A DNA stretch of 64,000 bases, from the NCBI GenBank assembly GCA_041741175.1, contig JBGSKP010000571.1:3001-67000 (forward strand), given 5' to 3'. The notes under the pieces were generated by a model. That model worked only from the letters and a program-made list of their open reading frames with translations, was not told the DNA's origin and made no database searches. Within the stretch, counting starts at the first letter, position 1; every line of letters begins with the position of its first letter. The translations under genes were made by a program, and so were the position numbers. Below, in pieces: positions 19,066-29,253 of the stretch. The stretch is from Thiocapsa sp. Lineage in GTDB: Bacteria; Pseudomonadota; Gammaproteobacteria; Chromatiales; Chromatiaceae.

Positions 19066-21075
19066 TTAATCCGTGGCCGCCTCCTCTCCGGACTCGGCCA
19101 CGCGCAGCACCTCCTCAATCGTCGTGCGCCCATCCAGGGATTTGCGCAGACCGTCCAGATACATGGTCTCCATGCCCTCGGCGACCGCGATCTTGCGGAT
19201 CTCGGTCGCGGTGGCGTGACTGAGGACTGCTTTGCGGATGCGGTCCGTCATGAGAAGCACTTCGGTGATGACCAAACGGCCGCGATAGCCGGTGCCGTTA
19301 CAGGCATCGCAACCGATCGGATGGTTTAGCTTGACCGCTTCGGGTGCCGCGCCGATCGCCGCGAAACGCACGGCAAGCTCGGGGATGGCGAGGTAAGGCT
19401 CCCGGCAATGCGGACAGAGCTTGCGCACCAGTCGCTGAGCCAGAATGCCGTTGATCGTAGAGGTCAGCAGATAATCCTCGACGCCCATTTCCAGCAGACG
19501 GGTCACGCCGCTGGCCGCGTCGTTGGTATGCAGTGTCGAGAGCACCACATGACCGGTCAGAGCGGACTGCACAGCGATTCGAGCGGTCTCCAGGTCACGC
19601 ATCTCACCGACCATGATGACATCCGGGTCCTGTCGGACAATCGCGCGCAAGGCGCTCGCAAAGGTCATTCCGATCGCACTCTTGACCTGGATCTGATTGA
19701 TACCGGCCAACTGATACTCGACCGGATCCTCCACCGTGATGATTTTGCGCTCCTCGGTGTTGATCCGGCTCAACGCCGTGTACAGCGTGGTGCTCTTACC
19801 CGAACCCGTCGGCCCGGTCACCAGCAGGATGCCGTAGGGCTTTTCGAGAATGGTGCGCAAGCGCTCGCGAGGGGAGCCGTCGAAGCCGAGTGCGTCCAGA
19901 TCGAAGCGCACGCTCTCCTTGTCGAGCAGACGCATGACGACACTCTCGCCGAACATGGTCGGCACCGTTGAGACACGCAGATCCAGCTCGCGGCCCTGAA
20001 TTCGGATGGGGATGCGTCCATCCTGAGGCAGCCGGCGCTCGGCGATGTTGAGCTTGGCCATGATCTTGACGCGCGAGATGACGGCGGCGGTCGAGCGTAC
20101 CGGCGGGGCATCGACCTCTTTGAGGATGCCGTCGACGCGGTAACGTACCTTGAGTTGATCGGCAAAGGGCTCGATGTGAATGTCGGAGGCACGCGACTCC
20201 AGTGCTTTCTGAATGAGCTGGTTGACCATCCGGATGACCGGTGCCTCACTGGCCAGATCCTTCAGATGCTCGATATCCTCCTCGTCGAAATCGCCGAGTG
20301 CGCTTTCGGTGCTTTCAGGGCTCTCGTCGACCTTCTCGTAGAGACGCTCCAGTGCCAGCTCGATCTCGCTCGGCATGGCGACGAGTGCGCGGACGGGTTT
20401 GCCCGCCGCCATCTGCATGGCCGAAATGGCAAACTCATCGATCGGGTGGGCAAAGGCGACCTCAATGGCGTCTTCATCCTCTGCCAGCGGCAGAATCTTG
20501 GCGTCCTTGAGAAACCTCAGACTGAAGAGATCCTCGCGCAAGGGTTCGGACGGAAACATGCTCCCATCCGCAAGCGGCAGACCGAGCACGTCGGACATCG
20601 CCTGGGCCATGTCCCGTTCGGAGATCAGACCCAGACGAACCAGCATCGGCAGGAGCGGATCGCCCGCCTCGTCGGCGAGCCGTCTGGCCCGCGCCAGGTC
20701 GCCCGGCGAGAGCTTCCCGTTAGTATGCAGATGCGCGACGACCCGCGCTTCGGCCGGCAGCTCCGAAACCGCCGTCAGCGTCGGCTCTGGTTCGGGTTCC
20801 GGTAGCGGTTCCTGCTCTGACTCCGACGCCGGCGTTGACCCCGGTTCTGGCGCAGGACGCGCTTGGGCGTGCAAGGGCGTCGAGCGATCCGGCGGCTCGG
20901 GCGTCGCCAATGCGGTTAAGGGTACGGCGAACGCTGGCTCGGTCTGGGTCATTGACGCCGCGAAACCATCCTGAACGGAAAAGGCATCGTCGAGGCAAAC
21001 AGCATCGCCGATGTTATCGCGCCTCGCAATGATTCGCGGCGTTCCATCGGGTATCACAGCTTCATGCTCGTGCAT
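19066..21075 (-). CDS. gspE: T2SS ATPase GspE with Pro/Glu-rich N-terminal extension
   Basis: ASDIHIEP, ERRLPQDGR, GPTGSGKSTT, TVEDPVEY, RQDPDVIMVGEMRD, CPHC...CDAC zinc motif. Confidence 0.97.
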   Translation of the reverse strand: MHEHEAVIPDGTPRIIARRDNIGDAVCLDDAFSVQDGFAASMTQTEPAFAVPLTALATPEPPDRSTPLHAQARPAPEPGSTPASESEQEPLPEPEPEPTLTAVSELPAEARVVAHLHTNGKLSPGDLARARRLADEAGDPLLPMLVRLGLISERDMAQAMSDVLGLPLADGSMFPSEPLREDLFSLRFLKDAKILPLAEDEDAIEVAFAHPIDEFAISAMQMAAGKPVRALVAMPSEIELALERLYEKVDESPESTESALGDFDEEDIEHLKDLASEAPVIRMVNQLIQKALESRASDIHIEPFADQLKVRYRVDGILKEVDAPPVRSTAAVISRVKIMAKLNIAERRLPQDGRIPIRIQGRELDLRVSTVPTMFGESVVMRLLDKESVRFDLDALGFDGSPRERLRTILEKPYGILLVTGPTGSGKSTTLYTALSRINTEERKIITVEDPVEYQLAGINQIQVKSAIGMTFASALRAIVRQDPDVIMVGEMRDLETARIAVQSALTGHVVLSTLHTNDAASGVTRLLEMGVEDYLLTSTINGILAQRLVRKLCPHCREPYLAIPELAVRFAAIGAAPEAVKLNHPIGCDACNGTGYRGRLVITEVLLMTDRIRKAVLSHATATEIRKIAVAEGMETMYLDGLRKSLDGRTTIEEVLRVAESGEEAATD

Positions 21076-22963
21076 CGGTTATCCTCCGATCTTGGCGCCC
21101 CGCGCTCGAACAGGACTCGATATCCGGCTCAGGGTGCCACTCCGGCAGCAGATGATGCAAGCTATCCACCATTGCGCGGCGATGCCCCGTGGCCGCTGCC
21201 TGCTCCAGTGCGGCAACGCCTTCCTCGACGGAGGCTGCCACCAGCCCATCGCCGCCGCGGGCGACGCGGATCTTTGGATGACCCGTCGCGATCAAGTCTT
21301 CCGAGTCGTAGAAGAGCTCCTCATAGAGTTTTTCGCCCGGGCGCAACCCAATGTATTTGATTGCGATGTCGTCGCCGGGTTCGCGTCCGGACAGCCGGAT
21401 CATCTGCTCTGCGAGATACCGTATTTTGATTGGCTCGCCCATGTCGAGCACAAAGATTTCGCCGCCGTCCCCGATCACGGCGGCTTGCATGATGAGCTGG
21501 CATGCCTCCGGAATCGTCATGAAGAAGCGCTCGATGTCCGGATGCGTGACCGTGACGGGGCCGCCTTGCTCGATCTGTCGGCTGAACAGGGGCACCACAC
21601 TTCCGGCTGATCCGAGAACATTGCCGAAGCGTACTGTAATGAAGCGACAGGCTGACTTCTGGTCAAGTGCATGGCAGATTGCTTCAGCAATCCGCTTCGT
21701 CGCACCCATGACATTGGCTGGGTGGACGGCTTTATCGGTCGAGATCAAGACAAATCGCTCGCAATTCCAGCGCGCCGCCGCTTCGGCTACGAGTCGCGTG
21801 CCCATCACATTGTTGCGCACCGCAGCTCGAATCTGGTCCTCGAGCATCGGCACATGTTTGTAAGCCGCGGCATGAAACAGGATGCGAGGTCGTTCAGCCG
21901 CGAACACGTCATTAAGTGCCGCGGCATCGGCGACATTCACCAGATGCCGGGTGAATCGCAGTTCGGGGTGACGCTCGTGCAGCTCCATCTCGATGCGGTA
22001 CAGGTTGTACTCACCGTTGTCGAGCAGGATGAGGCGAGACGGACCGGTCAACGCAAGCTGGCGGACCAGCTCGGAGCCGATCGATCCGCCTGCCCCCGTC
22101 ACCATGATCTCGCGGCCCGAGAGCCCCTCGGAGATCCCGTCCCAGTCCAAACTGATCGGATCGCGACCAAGCAGATCCTCGATCGAGACCGGACGCAGCT
22201 GACTGATACTCACCTGTCCGGTCATGAGGTTACGCAGCTCCGGGACGGTACGAAACGGCCGCCCCGTGCTCTCGCACAACTCCACCAGATGGCGCATCTC
22301 CTTGGCCGTTGCGCTCGGGACGGCCAGCATCAGCAAGTCGATATCCTCGCGAACGACAATCTCGCCAATTGCCTCGGTGGGCCCGAGCACCGGGATGCCA
22401 TGGACCTCGCCGCCCTGTCTGCGCGGCTTATCATCGACGAAGCCCGCCGGAAAATAGGCGCGGCTGCTATCGCGAAGCATGTCGCGCACCAGCATCTCGC
22501 CCGCACGGCCGGCGCCCACGATCAAGACACGTTGTCCGGAGCTGAAGTTGAGTCGATGATCCTTGATCCAGCGATACAGCATCCGCGGGCCGGCCAAGAG
22601 AACGACCTGCAGACCCAGAAAGAGAACTGGCACGGAGCGCGGAATCAATTCGGTGCGATTGACAATGAAGAGCGTGACGACAACCAGAAGGGTTCCGGCC
22701 ACCACGGCCTTCAGGATGCGAACCAGATCCGGGAGCGAGGCGAAGCGCCAGACCCCGCGATAGAGGCCGAACAACCAATAGACAGCACCCTGAATCAGGA
22801 TGACCCAAGGCAGTGACTGCACGGCGCTGTCGATAAATTCCGGTGGGATCCTACCCAGGTTGAAACGTAACCAGTAAGCCAGAAGCCAGGCGACCGGAAT
22901 CATGAGCAGGTCGTGTGTCAACGCAGCGGTACGGGAGCGCAAACGATCGAGCAGTGGACTCAT
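21062..22963 (-). CDS. Membrane-bound UDP-GlcNAc 4,6-dehydratase (WbpM/PglF/CapD family)
   Basis: N-terminal TM helices, GAGRAG, IEDLLGR, TGAGGSIGSE, HAAAYKHVP, ISTDKAV, VRFGNVLGS, GLRPGEKLYEEL. Confidence 0.95.
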   Translation of the reverse strand: MSPLLDRLRSRTAALTHDLLMIPVAWLLAYWLRFNLGRIPPEFIDSAVQSLPWVILIQGAVYWLFGLYRGVWRFASLPDLVRILKAVVAGTLLVVVTLFIVNRTELIPRSVPVLFLGLQVVLLAGPRMLYRWIKDHRLNFSSGQRVLIVGAGRAGEMLVRDMLRDSSRAYFPAGFVDDKPRRQGGEVHGIPVLGPTEAIGEIVVREDIDLLMLAVPSATAKEMRHLVELCESTGRPFRTVPELRNLMTGQVSISQLRPVSIEDLLGRDPISLDWDGISEGLSGREIMVTGAGGSIGSELVRQLALTGPSRLILLDNGEYNLYRIEMELHERHPELRFTRHLVNVADAAALNDVFAAERPRILFHAAAYKHVPMLEDQIRAAVRNNVMGTRLVAEAAARWNCERFVLISTDKAVHPANVMGATKRIAEAICHALDQKSACRFITVRFGNVLGSAGSVVPLFSRQIEQGGPVTVTHPDIERFFMTIPEACQLIMQAAVIGDGGEIFVLDMGEPIKIRYLAEQMIRLSGREPGDDIAIKYIGLRPGEKLYEELFYDSEDLIATGHPKIRVARGGDGLVAASVEEGVAALEQAAATGHRRAMVDSLHHLLPEWHPEPDIESCSSAGRQDRRITDARA

Positions 22964-22968
22964 GATGG

Positions 22969-24000
22969 TTACGCCGACCCGACGCGTTCGACATGTCGCA
23001 CCTGAAAATGAATCAAGGCGTAGATTAGGGTCCAGGCCCCGATCAGTATCCACTGCTCATGCACAGGCAAGCGCGGCGAGGCAACCGCGCTTGCCGCTGC
23101 TCCGGCCATGATGAGATATCCGCGCAGCACGGTGCGGCGATGACTCCATCCCGCCAGTACCAGGCGTTGATAATGGTGCGATCGATGAGGCTCCCAGATG
23201 CGCTCGCCGCGAAGCAAACGCGCCAGGAGCGTCCAGGTGGCATCAAGGATAAACGGCGAGAAGGCGAGCCACGCACTCCACAGCGGAAAGAGTCCCAGGC
23301 CGGCACCCCATAGCGAGAAGGCGGCGACCAGCAGGCCGAGGCTCGACGAGCCCGAGTCGCCGAGAAAGATGCGTGCCGGCGGGAAGTTGCTTGTCAGAAA
23401 CCCCCCTGCCGCCAAGGCGACGCAAACCGAAGCGAGGGCAAACAGCGAGTCTCCGCCGGTCCAGCCCAGAACGGCAAACGCCGAGAATCCAAACAGCGCC
23501 ATCCCGGCGGCGAAGCCGTCCATTCCGTCCATAAAGTTGTACAGGTTGATCAGCCAAACGGTATAGACGAGGCTCAAGATCACGGCCGTCCAGAGCGGCA
23601 GGACCAGGGCCCACCCAGGCAGCTCAAGCAGGTTCCAACGTAAACCCCCGGTGATCAGCAGCACGGCGGCGGCGTTTTGCGCGACAAGCCTGAGGCGGCG
23701 GGACACGTCGCGCAGATCATCCAGATAGGCGACACCGGCCACCGGGACCAAGGCCGCTGCAATCCATGCCAGCTGCGGCGCGGAGTGACCGAAAATCGCC
23801 AGCGTCAGGAGCGGCAGCATTAATCCGATCAGCACGGCTATACCGCCGCTGCGCGGTACCGGCTTGACATGGAGTGATCGGGCATTCGGGTAGTCGATTG
23901 GTCCGCGCCCAACGCCTCTGGTCAACCAGCGGGTTGCCGAGACACTCAACACAAACGAGGCGAAGGCTGCGGCGGCCAAAATCGGCGTCTCGAAGGGCAT
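22969..24000 (-). CDS. Polyprenyl-phosphate HexNAc-1-P transferase (WecA/WbpL/MraY family)
   Basis: PNARSLH..PVPRSGG, YLDD, NLYNFMDGMDG, NFPPARIFLGDSGS, H(R)SHHYQRL; many TM helices. Confidence 0.93.
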   Translation of the reverse strand: MPFETPILAAAAFASFVLSVSATRWLTRGVGRGPIDYPNARSLHVKPVPRSGGIAVLIGLMLPLLTLAIFGHSAPQLAWIAAALVPVAGVAYLDDLRDVSRRLRLVAQNAAAVLLITGGLRWNLLELPGWALVLPLWTAVILSLVYTVWLINLYNFMDGMDGFAAGMALFGFSAFAVLGWTGGDSLFALASVCVALAAGGFLTSNFPPARIFLGDSGSSSLGLLVAAFSLWGAGLGLFPLWSAWLAFSPFILDATWTLLARLLRGERIWEPHRSHHYQRLVLAGWSHRRTVLRGYLIMAGAAASAVASPRLPVHEQWILIGAWTLIYALIHFQVRHVERVGSA

Positions 24001-24073
24001 GTTCCTTAGATGTCCTAGGCTCTCGGATCGACGAGCCGGCTCACACAGAGCGGGCGATGCGTGGCGTCCTAAC

Positions 24074-24640
24074 TTAGAGGGGCCGCACCAAGGCACGCTC
24101 GACTGTGTCGCGCGGCTCGTGTCCGAGTAAAAGCTCAATCAGTTGCAATGCGAAGTCCATCGCGGTGCCTGGGCCACGCGATGTCACGAGGGTTCTGTCA
24201 ACGACAACCGGCTCATCGGTAAAGGTCACGTTTGGGTAGGCCGAGCGGTCGACGGCTCCAGGGTAATGGGTTGCCGCACAACCGTCGAGGATTCCAGCCG
24301 CAGCGAGCACCTTCGGAGCGGCACAGATTGCCGCAGTATAGCGCCCGGCTGCGTGATGCCGCTTGAGCAAGGCGATGAGGCGCGGATCGCCCGCCAGGTG
24401 ATCGGCGCCCGGCAGGCCCCCGGGCAGGACGATCATGTCGAATGCCCGGTTAAGCACATCTTCTAACCGGGTATCGGCAATCAGCACCGTTGCTCGGCTT
24501 GCGATGATCGGCCGGTTGTCGAGTCCGGCCGTGACGACATCGATGTCGGCGCGACGTAGCAGATCAATGACGGTCACGGCCTCGAGCTCCTCGCAACCCT
24601 GAGCGAGCAGAACAAGGACGCTAGGTCTCGCAGTGAACAT
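24074..24640 (-). CDS. DJ-1/PfpI family protein (YajL/ThiJ-like)
   Basis: EELEAVTVIDLLRRA, LPGG.PG, AAICAAP, TSRGPGTA. Confidence 0.95.
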   Translation of the reverse strand: MFTARPSVLVLLAQGCEELEAVTVIDLLRRADIDVVTAGLDNRPIIASRATVLIADTRLEDVLNRAFDMIVLPGGLPGADHLAGDPRLIALLKRHHAAGRYTAAICAAPKVLAAAGILDGCAATHYPGAVDRSAYPNVTFTDEPVVVDRTLVTSRGPGTAMDFALQLIELLLGHEPRDTVERALVRPL

Positions 24641-24664
24641 CGGTTCGCTCCGTCAATGCGCTGG

Positions 24665-26020
24665 TTAGGGATTGCGAATGCCGCCCAGAATGTCCATGCC
24701 TTTGAGGACATTCAGCGCCGCGGACAACTGAAAATCCTCCGTCGTCAGCGAGGGCTTGGCATCTTCCGTTGTCGCGGCCGAATCGGCCTCGTCCTCTTCC
24801 AGGTGGCGGACGAGGTCTGCTTCCTTCAGATCCTTCATGTCACCCGCGGCCATGGACTTAAACTCTCCAGGCTCAACCTCGATGTCCGGGCTAATACCTT
24901 GCGCCTGAATCGATCGCCCTGCAGGCGTGTAATAACGGGCCGTCGTCAGTTTGAGAGCGGTTGTGTCGTCGATCGGCACGATGGTCTGAACGGAGCCCTT
25001 ACCGAAGGTTTGGTTGCCCATGACGATGGCGCGTCTGTGATCCTGCAAGGCGCCGGCGACGATCTCCGAGGCCGAGGCGCTGCCGCCGTTGACGAGGACC
25101 ACGATCGGTGCGCCCGCGAGAATGTCGTCCGGCCCGGCGTTGAACTCCAGCTTACTGTCCTCGCGCCGACCTTTGGTGTAAACGATCAGTCCACCGGACA
25201 AAAAGGCGTCGCTCACGCCGACGGCACTGGTGAGCACACCGCCGGGATTATTGCGCAGATCGAGCACCAGGCCCTTCAACGCGCCGGCGTTGGCTCCCTT
25301 CAATTCCTCGACTGCTTTGAGAATGTCGTCAGTGGTGCGTGCCTGAAAGTGCGACACCCTGATATAGCCAAAACCAGGCTCCAGGGTGCGGCTGCGCACG
25401 CTGGCCACTTGAATGATCGCGCGCTCGATGGTGACGTCGAAGGGTCGTTCGGCGCTATCGCGCATGAGCGTCAGTTCGATTTCGGTGCCGGGCTTACCGC
25501 GCATCAGCTTGACCGCATCGTTAAGGCTCAGTCCCTTAACCGGCTTTTGGTCGATGCGGATGATGGTGTCGCCGGACCGCAGTCCGGCGCGTTGTGCGGG
25601 GGTGTCGTCGATCGGCGAGATGACCTTGACGAAGCCATCCTCCATACCGACCTCGATGCCGAGGCCGCCGAACTCGCCCTGTGTTCCGACCTGGAGCTCG
25701 CTGAACTCCTCGTCATTGAGGTATGACGAGTGCGGATCGAGTCCCGACAACATCCCGCGGATCGCGCCTTCCAGGAGCGCTTTGTCCTCGACGCCCTCGA
25801 CATACTCGTCTTTGATGCGCCCGAACACGTCGGCGAAGGTCCTTAGATCGGCGAGCGGCAGCGTTGTGCCGGGCTCCGCTGTTTCCGGGACATTAGGAAC
25901 GCCTTCAGGGATAAGCGACCTCTCGGCGAACGCGATATCGACCGGGGCGACCGCCCAGACCATGCTCGCAACGCTCATCAGGGTTAACACAAGAGTCTTG
26001 GGTCGGGTCATAGCATGCAT
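24665..26020 (-). CDS. ctpA: Carboxy-terminal processing protease (S41, PDZ)
   Basis: LDPHSSY, GLGI PDZ loop, DLRNNPGG, SASASEIV, TFGKGSVQ, TTARYYTP; start approximate. Confidence 0.95.
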   Translation of the reverse strand: MHAMTRPKTLVLTLMSVASMVWAVAPVDIAFAERSLIPEGVPNVPETAEPGTTLPLADLRTFADVFGRIKDEYVEGVEDKALLEGAIRGMLSGLDPHSSYLNDEEFSELQVGTQGEFGGLGIEVGMEDGFVKVISPIDDTPAQRAGLRSGDTIIRIDQKPVKGLSLNDAVKLMRGKPGTEIELTLMRDSAERPFDVTIERAIIQVASVRSRTLEPGFGYIRVSHFQARTTDDILKAVEELKGANAGALKGLVLDLRNNPGGVLTSAVGVSDAFLSGGLIVYTKGRREDSKLEFNAGPDDILAGAPIVVLVNGGSASASEIVAGALQDHRRAIVMGNQTFGKGSVQTIVPIDDTTALKLTTARYYTPAGRSIQAQGISPDIEVEPGEFKSMAAGDMKDLKEADLVRHLEEDEADSAATTEDAKPSLTTEDFQLSAALNVLKGMDILGGIRNP

Positions 26021-26267
26021 GATGGGATCACGTCGGGTTGAGTCAGCACGCCGCTCGGCGGAACGCGCGTAGTGAGGCTGGACAGGCTGCTCCGCCGCGG
26101 TCGAACCGACCGCTAGCATGGCATGTTTTAATCGGTCTCAACAGCGCCTTCTCGGCGCGGGGTCAGGCCGCAACGGTACGGCTCTTCGATCAACCTGCTC
26201 GTTTGACGGATGCGCTGCACACCCGTTCCTGGGTGACGCGAAAATCGCCGCGGGTCGAGTGCCCCGA

Positions 26268-27563
26268 TTATCCTTGATGCGCCTGCCCGCCGCACCAGCC
26301 TGCCGGGTCCAGCGGTTTACCCTTGTGGCGAATGGCAAAATAAAGCACGGGCTCGGGACGACCGCCGCTGTTGCCGCTCAGGGCAATGACCTCGCCGGAT
26401 GCCACCCACTCGCCAGCTTCTTTAAGCAGCGCTTCGTTGTGGCCATAGATCGACATGTAACCCTCGCCGTGATCAATCACCAGAACCAGCCCGAACCCAC
26501 GCAGCCAGTCGGCATGCAGGATCCGTCCGTCGTGGACGGCACGCACCTCTTCACCCTCGCGCGCGGCAAGCAGGACGCCGTCCCAGCGTAGCTCGGAATC
26601 CTCTTTGGGCGCGCCGAATTGGGCGAGAACGTTCCCTTGCAGCAGCGGCCAGGCCAGACGACCCCTGCGTGCAGGGAAAGGTTCTCGATGAATCTCCAGC
26701 TCAGCACTGATCTGTGCGCGTTGGCGCAGGTGCTCGACCAGCAGACGCAGGGACTCTGCATCGCGCTCCAGCGTCTGGAGATCATCGGTCCGACCGGCAA
26801 TGCTGGCCTCCAACCGTCCTAGGATCGCGGCGCGCTCTTGTCTCGCCGCCTCCAACCGCAGCAAGGCCGTGTCCTGAAGCTGCGCCAGCTCGATCAAGCG
26901 CGCTGCTTCTCGATCGGCGTTGTGGGCCAGGCGAGTCAGGCGTTCGACACGGGTTTGGATCGCCGTGATCCGATTGAGCTGCTCACGGTTCAGGTATGCA
27001 AAATAGGACAGGATACGGCTGGCTTGCGCAGTATCTTCTTGATTCAGTAACAGACGCAACCGATCGGCGCGACCCATAACATAAGCCGTGCGCACGAGAT
27101 CCGCCCAGATTGCCAGTTCCTGCTCGAGTATCTCGCTTTCCTCAAGGTGGCGAACACGCAGGGCCTCGGCCACGCGAGTCTGTTCCGTGACCGTGCGTTC
27201 CAGCTCGCGGCTAGTCACGGCCGCCTTGGCCACTTCGCGCTCCCGCGCCTCGAGCTCTTCGATGAGCGCGCGGCGGTCTGCCTGTTGATCGATCAGCTCG
27301 CGGCCAAGCGACTCGACCCGACGCTGGATCGCTTGCAGATCCTTCGATCTCGAGTTCAGTGCCTCGTCGGTAGCGGGCATCGCGATACCCGTGATCGACA
27401 CAAGAACCCAGGCCAACACCAAACCGACGAGTCGAGGACTCGTCCGCTGGGTGAGGGCCGGCGAGGGCTCGGGATCGCGCCGGGTCGGAGCGGGCCGCTC
27501 GGGGCGTGTCGGTGAAAGTGTGTTGAGCACGATAATGGTACAGGCGTCATGCGGTCCAGGCAC
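26268..27563 (-). CDS. envC: Murein hydrolase activator EnvC
   Basis: Signal/TM segment, long coiled coil, degenerate M23 domain (WP..G, ADWLRGFG, YGHN, LYFAIR); upstream of ctpA; start uncertain. Confidence 0.9.
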   Translation of the reverse strand: MPGPHDACTIIVLNTLSPTRPERPAPTRRDPEPSPALTQRTSPRLVGLVLAWVLVSITGIAMPATDEALNSRSKDLQAIQRRVESLGRELIDQQADRRALIEELEAREREVAKAAVTSRELERTVTEQTRVAEALRVRHLEESEILEQELAIWADLVRTAYVMGRADRLRLLLNQEDTAQASRILSYFAYLNREQLNRITAIQTRVERLTRLAHNADREAARLIELAQLQDTALLRLEAARQERAAILGRLEASIAGRTDDLQTLERDAESLRLLVEHLRQRAQISAELEIHREPFPARRGRLAWPLLQGNVLAQFGAPKEDSELRWDGVLLAAREGEEVRAVHDGRILHADWLRGFGLVLVIDHGEGYMSIYGHNEALLKEAGEWVASGEVIALSGNSGGRPEPVLYFAIRHKGKPLDPAGWCGGQAHQG

Positions 27564-27678
27564 TTGATTGTATACCTACCCGGAACAGGCGCAGGCCCGA
27601 TCGCGCAAGACAGGCGCTTCGCACACAGCCAGAAAGAGTTTATTATTGTATTGTGAACAATTGATAAGACAGGATCCG

Positions 27679-28047
27679 ATGGTGAGCAATTTGAGCCAGC
27701 CTTCCCGCCCGGTCCTGAACGACCCGTTCGGCGAGTCCGAGGAGATGAATCTGTTCGCAGACGACGCCGATATCGAGCGCGCATCGCGCTCGCTCAAGGC
27801 GATGTCGCATCCGCTGCGACTGAAGATTCTCTGTACTCTGGGTGATCAGGAGGTCAGTGTCCAAGAGATCGTGGACCACGTTGGAACCTCGCAGAGCAAC
27901 ATCTCCCAGCATCTGGCAATCCTTCGCGACAAAGGCATCCTCGCCTCGCGCAAGGATGCCAACCGCGTCTATTACCGCGTCAGCGACGGGCGGACCCTGC
28001 GTCTGATCGGCATGATGCGCGAGGTCTTCTGCCAGCACGCGCACTGA
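27679..28047 (+). CDS. ArsR/SmtB family regulator (BigR/YgaV/SqrR-like, two Cys)
   Basis: LKAMSHPLRLKILC, SQSNISQHLAILR, VYYRV, VFC. Confidence 0.9.
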   Translation: MVSNLSQPSRPVLNDPFGESEEMNLFADDADIERASRSLKAMSHPLRLKILCTLGDQEVSVQEIVDHVGTSQSNISQHLAILRDKGILASRKDANRVYYRVSDGRTLRLIGMMREVFCQHAH

Positions 28048-28226
28048 TCGACGCGGCGATCGACACATCGCCGGATGACGCCCGCGTCCGGTCTCCTTAT
28101 ACTTGATGCCTTTCTCTATCTTCCGGGCAGCCGCAGCAAACCGCGCCCGGCACGCCCGACCGAGGGTCGGTGTGCCTGTCGCGGCGTTGTTCGCGCGTAC
28201 TGCCCACGCAACGAGATCGCAGAGCG

Positions 28227-28655
28227 ATGCTGTTAGACCAAATCGTGGAGTTTGTCGGAAGCCACTGGTATCTGTTCCTGGCGCTGGTTGTCATCCTCGG
28301 GTTGCTGACCCATAACATCATTGTTGGCGGGAAAGGCAGCGTCGAGCCTTTGCAGGCTACCGAGATGATCAATCACCAGGATGCGGTCGTGGTCGACGTT
28401 CGGCCTGTCGCCGATTTCGCAAAAGGTCATATTATCAATGCGATCAACATACCGATGAACGGCTTCAAGAATCAGATCGCCACGCTCGCGAAACATAAGG
28501 GGAGGCCTGTCATCGTCAACTGCCGCTCAGGGGCTCAGTCCGCCGTCGCCTGCGGTCAGTTGCGCAAAGAGGGGTTTGAACAGGTCTTTAACTTGCAAGG
28601 CGGCATCATGGCCTGGGAGGCGGCAAACCTGCCCCTGACGCGCAAAAAGCGCTGA
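28227..28655 (+). CDS. Membrane-anchored rhodanese-domain protein (YibN-like)
   Basis: N-terminal TM helix, VVDVR, GHI..AINIP, CRSGAQS active loop, LQGGIMAW. Confidence 0.93.
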   Translation: MLLDQIVEFVGSHWYLFLALVVILGLLTHNIIVGGKGSVEPLQATEMINHQDAVVVDVRPVADFAKGHIINAINIPMNGFKNQIATLAKHKGRPVIVNCRSGAQSAVACGQLRKEGFEQVFNLQGGIMAWEAANLPLTRKKR

Positions 28656-28752
28656 GTGGGACAGCGAATCGACCTCGACCTGCCGTGATGGGTCGGGCAC
28701 GGTATCCTTCATCGCGCAAGCATCGTCGGACCCTCATTTCAGGAATCTCAAT

Positions 28753-29253
28753 ATGGTAGAACCGCAGCAAGGCAGCGACCCGCAATCCACGTCGGAGCGG
28801 CAGTTCTCGGTACAGCGTGTTTATGTCAAGGACGCCTCCTTCGAGTCGCCGAATGCGCCGGATATTTTCCGCGGCGAGTGGCGGCCGACGCATGAGCTGA
28901 ACGTTGCCACCAAGGTCAATCCGCTTCAGGAGGGTCTCTACGAAGTGGTCCTCTCGGTCACCGTCTCGGCGAAGCTGGGCGAGAAGACGGCCTTTATCGT
29001 CGAGGTGCAGCAGGCCGGCATTTTCGGGGTCAGCGGCTTTTCGGATCAGGAGCTCGGAGCGATGGTCGGTGCCTACTGCCCCAGTTTGCTGTTTCCGTAC
29101 GCCCGTGAGGTGGTCTCCGATCTGGTCGTCAAGGGCAGCTTTCCGCAGCTCGTCCTTCAGCATGTCAACTTCGACGCCCTGTTCGCACAGCATCAGCAAG
29201 AAGCGATGCAGCCGCATCAGGGCGACGCTACAGCGCAGCCGATCCAACATTGA
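28753..29253 (+). CDS. secB: Protein-export chaperone SecB
   Basis: QRVYVKDASFESPNAP, EVQQAGIF, CPSLLFPYARE, VNFDALF. Confidence 0.98.
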   Translation: MVEPQQGSDPQSTSERQFSVQRVYVKDASFESPNAPDIFRGEWRPTHELNVATKVNPLQEGLYEVVLSVTVSAKLGEKTAFIVEVQQAGIFGVSGFSDQELGAMVGAYCPSLLFPYAREVVSDLVVKGSFPQLVLQHVNFDALFAQHQQEAMQPHQGDATAQPIQH

